64,000 nucleotides of DNA from Octopus bimaculoides (taxonomy: Eukaryota), in NCBI RefSeq assembly GCF_001194135.2, contig NC_068995.1, positions 32,559,495 through 32,623,494 of the forward strand, read 5' to 3'. The notes below the pieces were generated by a model. The model did no database searches. It was not told where the DNA came from and was given only the letters and a program-made list of their open reading frames with translations. Positions 63,115-64,000 of this stretch are shown one piece after another (position 1 is the stretch's first letter; each line of letters begins with the position of its first letter). The translations under genes were made by a program, and so were the position numbers.

Positions 63115-64000
63115 CTGAAAATGCAAATAAAAAAGGTAAATAAGTTTTAAAAAAAGGTAATGCCACATTTATTATTATAACTCATCGTAANNNNNNNNNN
63201 TTTTTTTTTTTTTTTTGTTCCTGAGCACTAATTGTTATTTTCTTATTGCATATGCCTAAAATATATAGTCACTACAAATCTCTTTAAGCTTTGCTTTTGT
63301 GATCTAGGTAAAGATATTTTGAAATTTACCTGTTTTTCAGAACAGTCCAGATAAATTTGGTGCTTAGTGAATTTCCTTCATTTGTGAATAATTTTCAATA
63401 TCTTTCTAGAAGTTCCAGTAATAAGAATACAAGAATGCTCACCACTTTAGCTTAGTCATAGCAGCCTCAATGGGTAACCATTCTGCATTTATCATAGATG
63501 GCATCAAGAGGCATTTTGCTTTGTCTATTATCAATTTGACAAGACAAGAGTGGAAAAATACTCAGTGGCATCACTCACTTAAATGTGTCAGGCTTACCAG
63601 ACATATTACAGCAGGTTTGTTGGATGGGAGTCAAAACAAACTCTAGGTGCCTCATTTCACCAGTTACCACTAAAAAAAAAAAAACTCTGGAAAGTTTGCT
63701 TAATAAAAAAATTTAGAATTTAAAAAATTAAAATTGTTTGATTTTTTTAAAGTTTCTAGTCTTATAGAAAAAAAAATATCAGATGTCAAATATGATGTGT
63801 AACATAAGTTAAAGGTAAAATAGATGGATTATTTCTTAATAACAATTCTTTTTTGGCCTTTTGCAGTATGTTGCAAAAAGGAAAAAACAGCTGCTAAGTT
63901 CACTATCCCATGGATTTGGCAGGAACCTCCCACTACTCAAACAATCACTACTTCTGCATCAACTACTCCTCCAAATGTTGGGCTCACAAGAATGAATCTA

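Noticed and set aside
63443-63524. Possible further upstream NBAS exon (aatag|AC...AAGTG|gtgagc; KAKCLLMPSMINAEWLPIEAAMTKLKW), phase-compatible with w1
   Set aside because: Good donor and open frame, but the acceptor is mediocre and I see no convincing similarity to NBAS. Left unresolved; RNA-seq would decide.

Overview
AT-rich, gap-containing eukaryotic genomic DNA. The interspersed repeat families look like those of an octopus; this is pattern recognition, not a database result. The whole window lies inside one minus-strand gene, NBAS (neuroblastoma-amplified sequence; Sec39-like subunit of the NRZ Golgi-to-ER tether, also an NMD factor). I traced 31 GT-AG exons by hand from 63114 down to 1. 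Together they give 3837 nt and 1278 full codons, with every splice phase compatible and no stop codons. The protein aligns by eye to the central and C-terminal part of human NBAS as I recall it, and the gene runs off both window ends. Introns are packed with mobile DNA: a Gypsy integrase with its 3' LTR and PPT, a mariner with TIRs and TA TSD, hAT MITEs, TTAA MITEs, a non-autonomous Helitron, a Helitron Rep fragment, RTE and CR1-type LINE relics, and several tRNA-derived SINE families. I found no second host gene and no clearly new multi-gene system. The most interesting unexplained signals are RNA-structural: a Penelope-type minimal hammerhead core, two compact near-perfect hairpins and long inverted-SINE fold-backs in the NBAS pre-mRNA. 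There is also a promoter/LTR-like motif island and a repeated 5' block with a splice-acceptor-like end in front of an RTE ORF.
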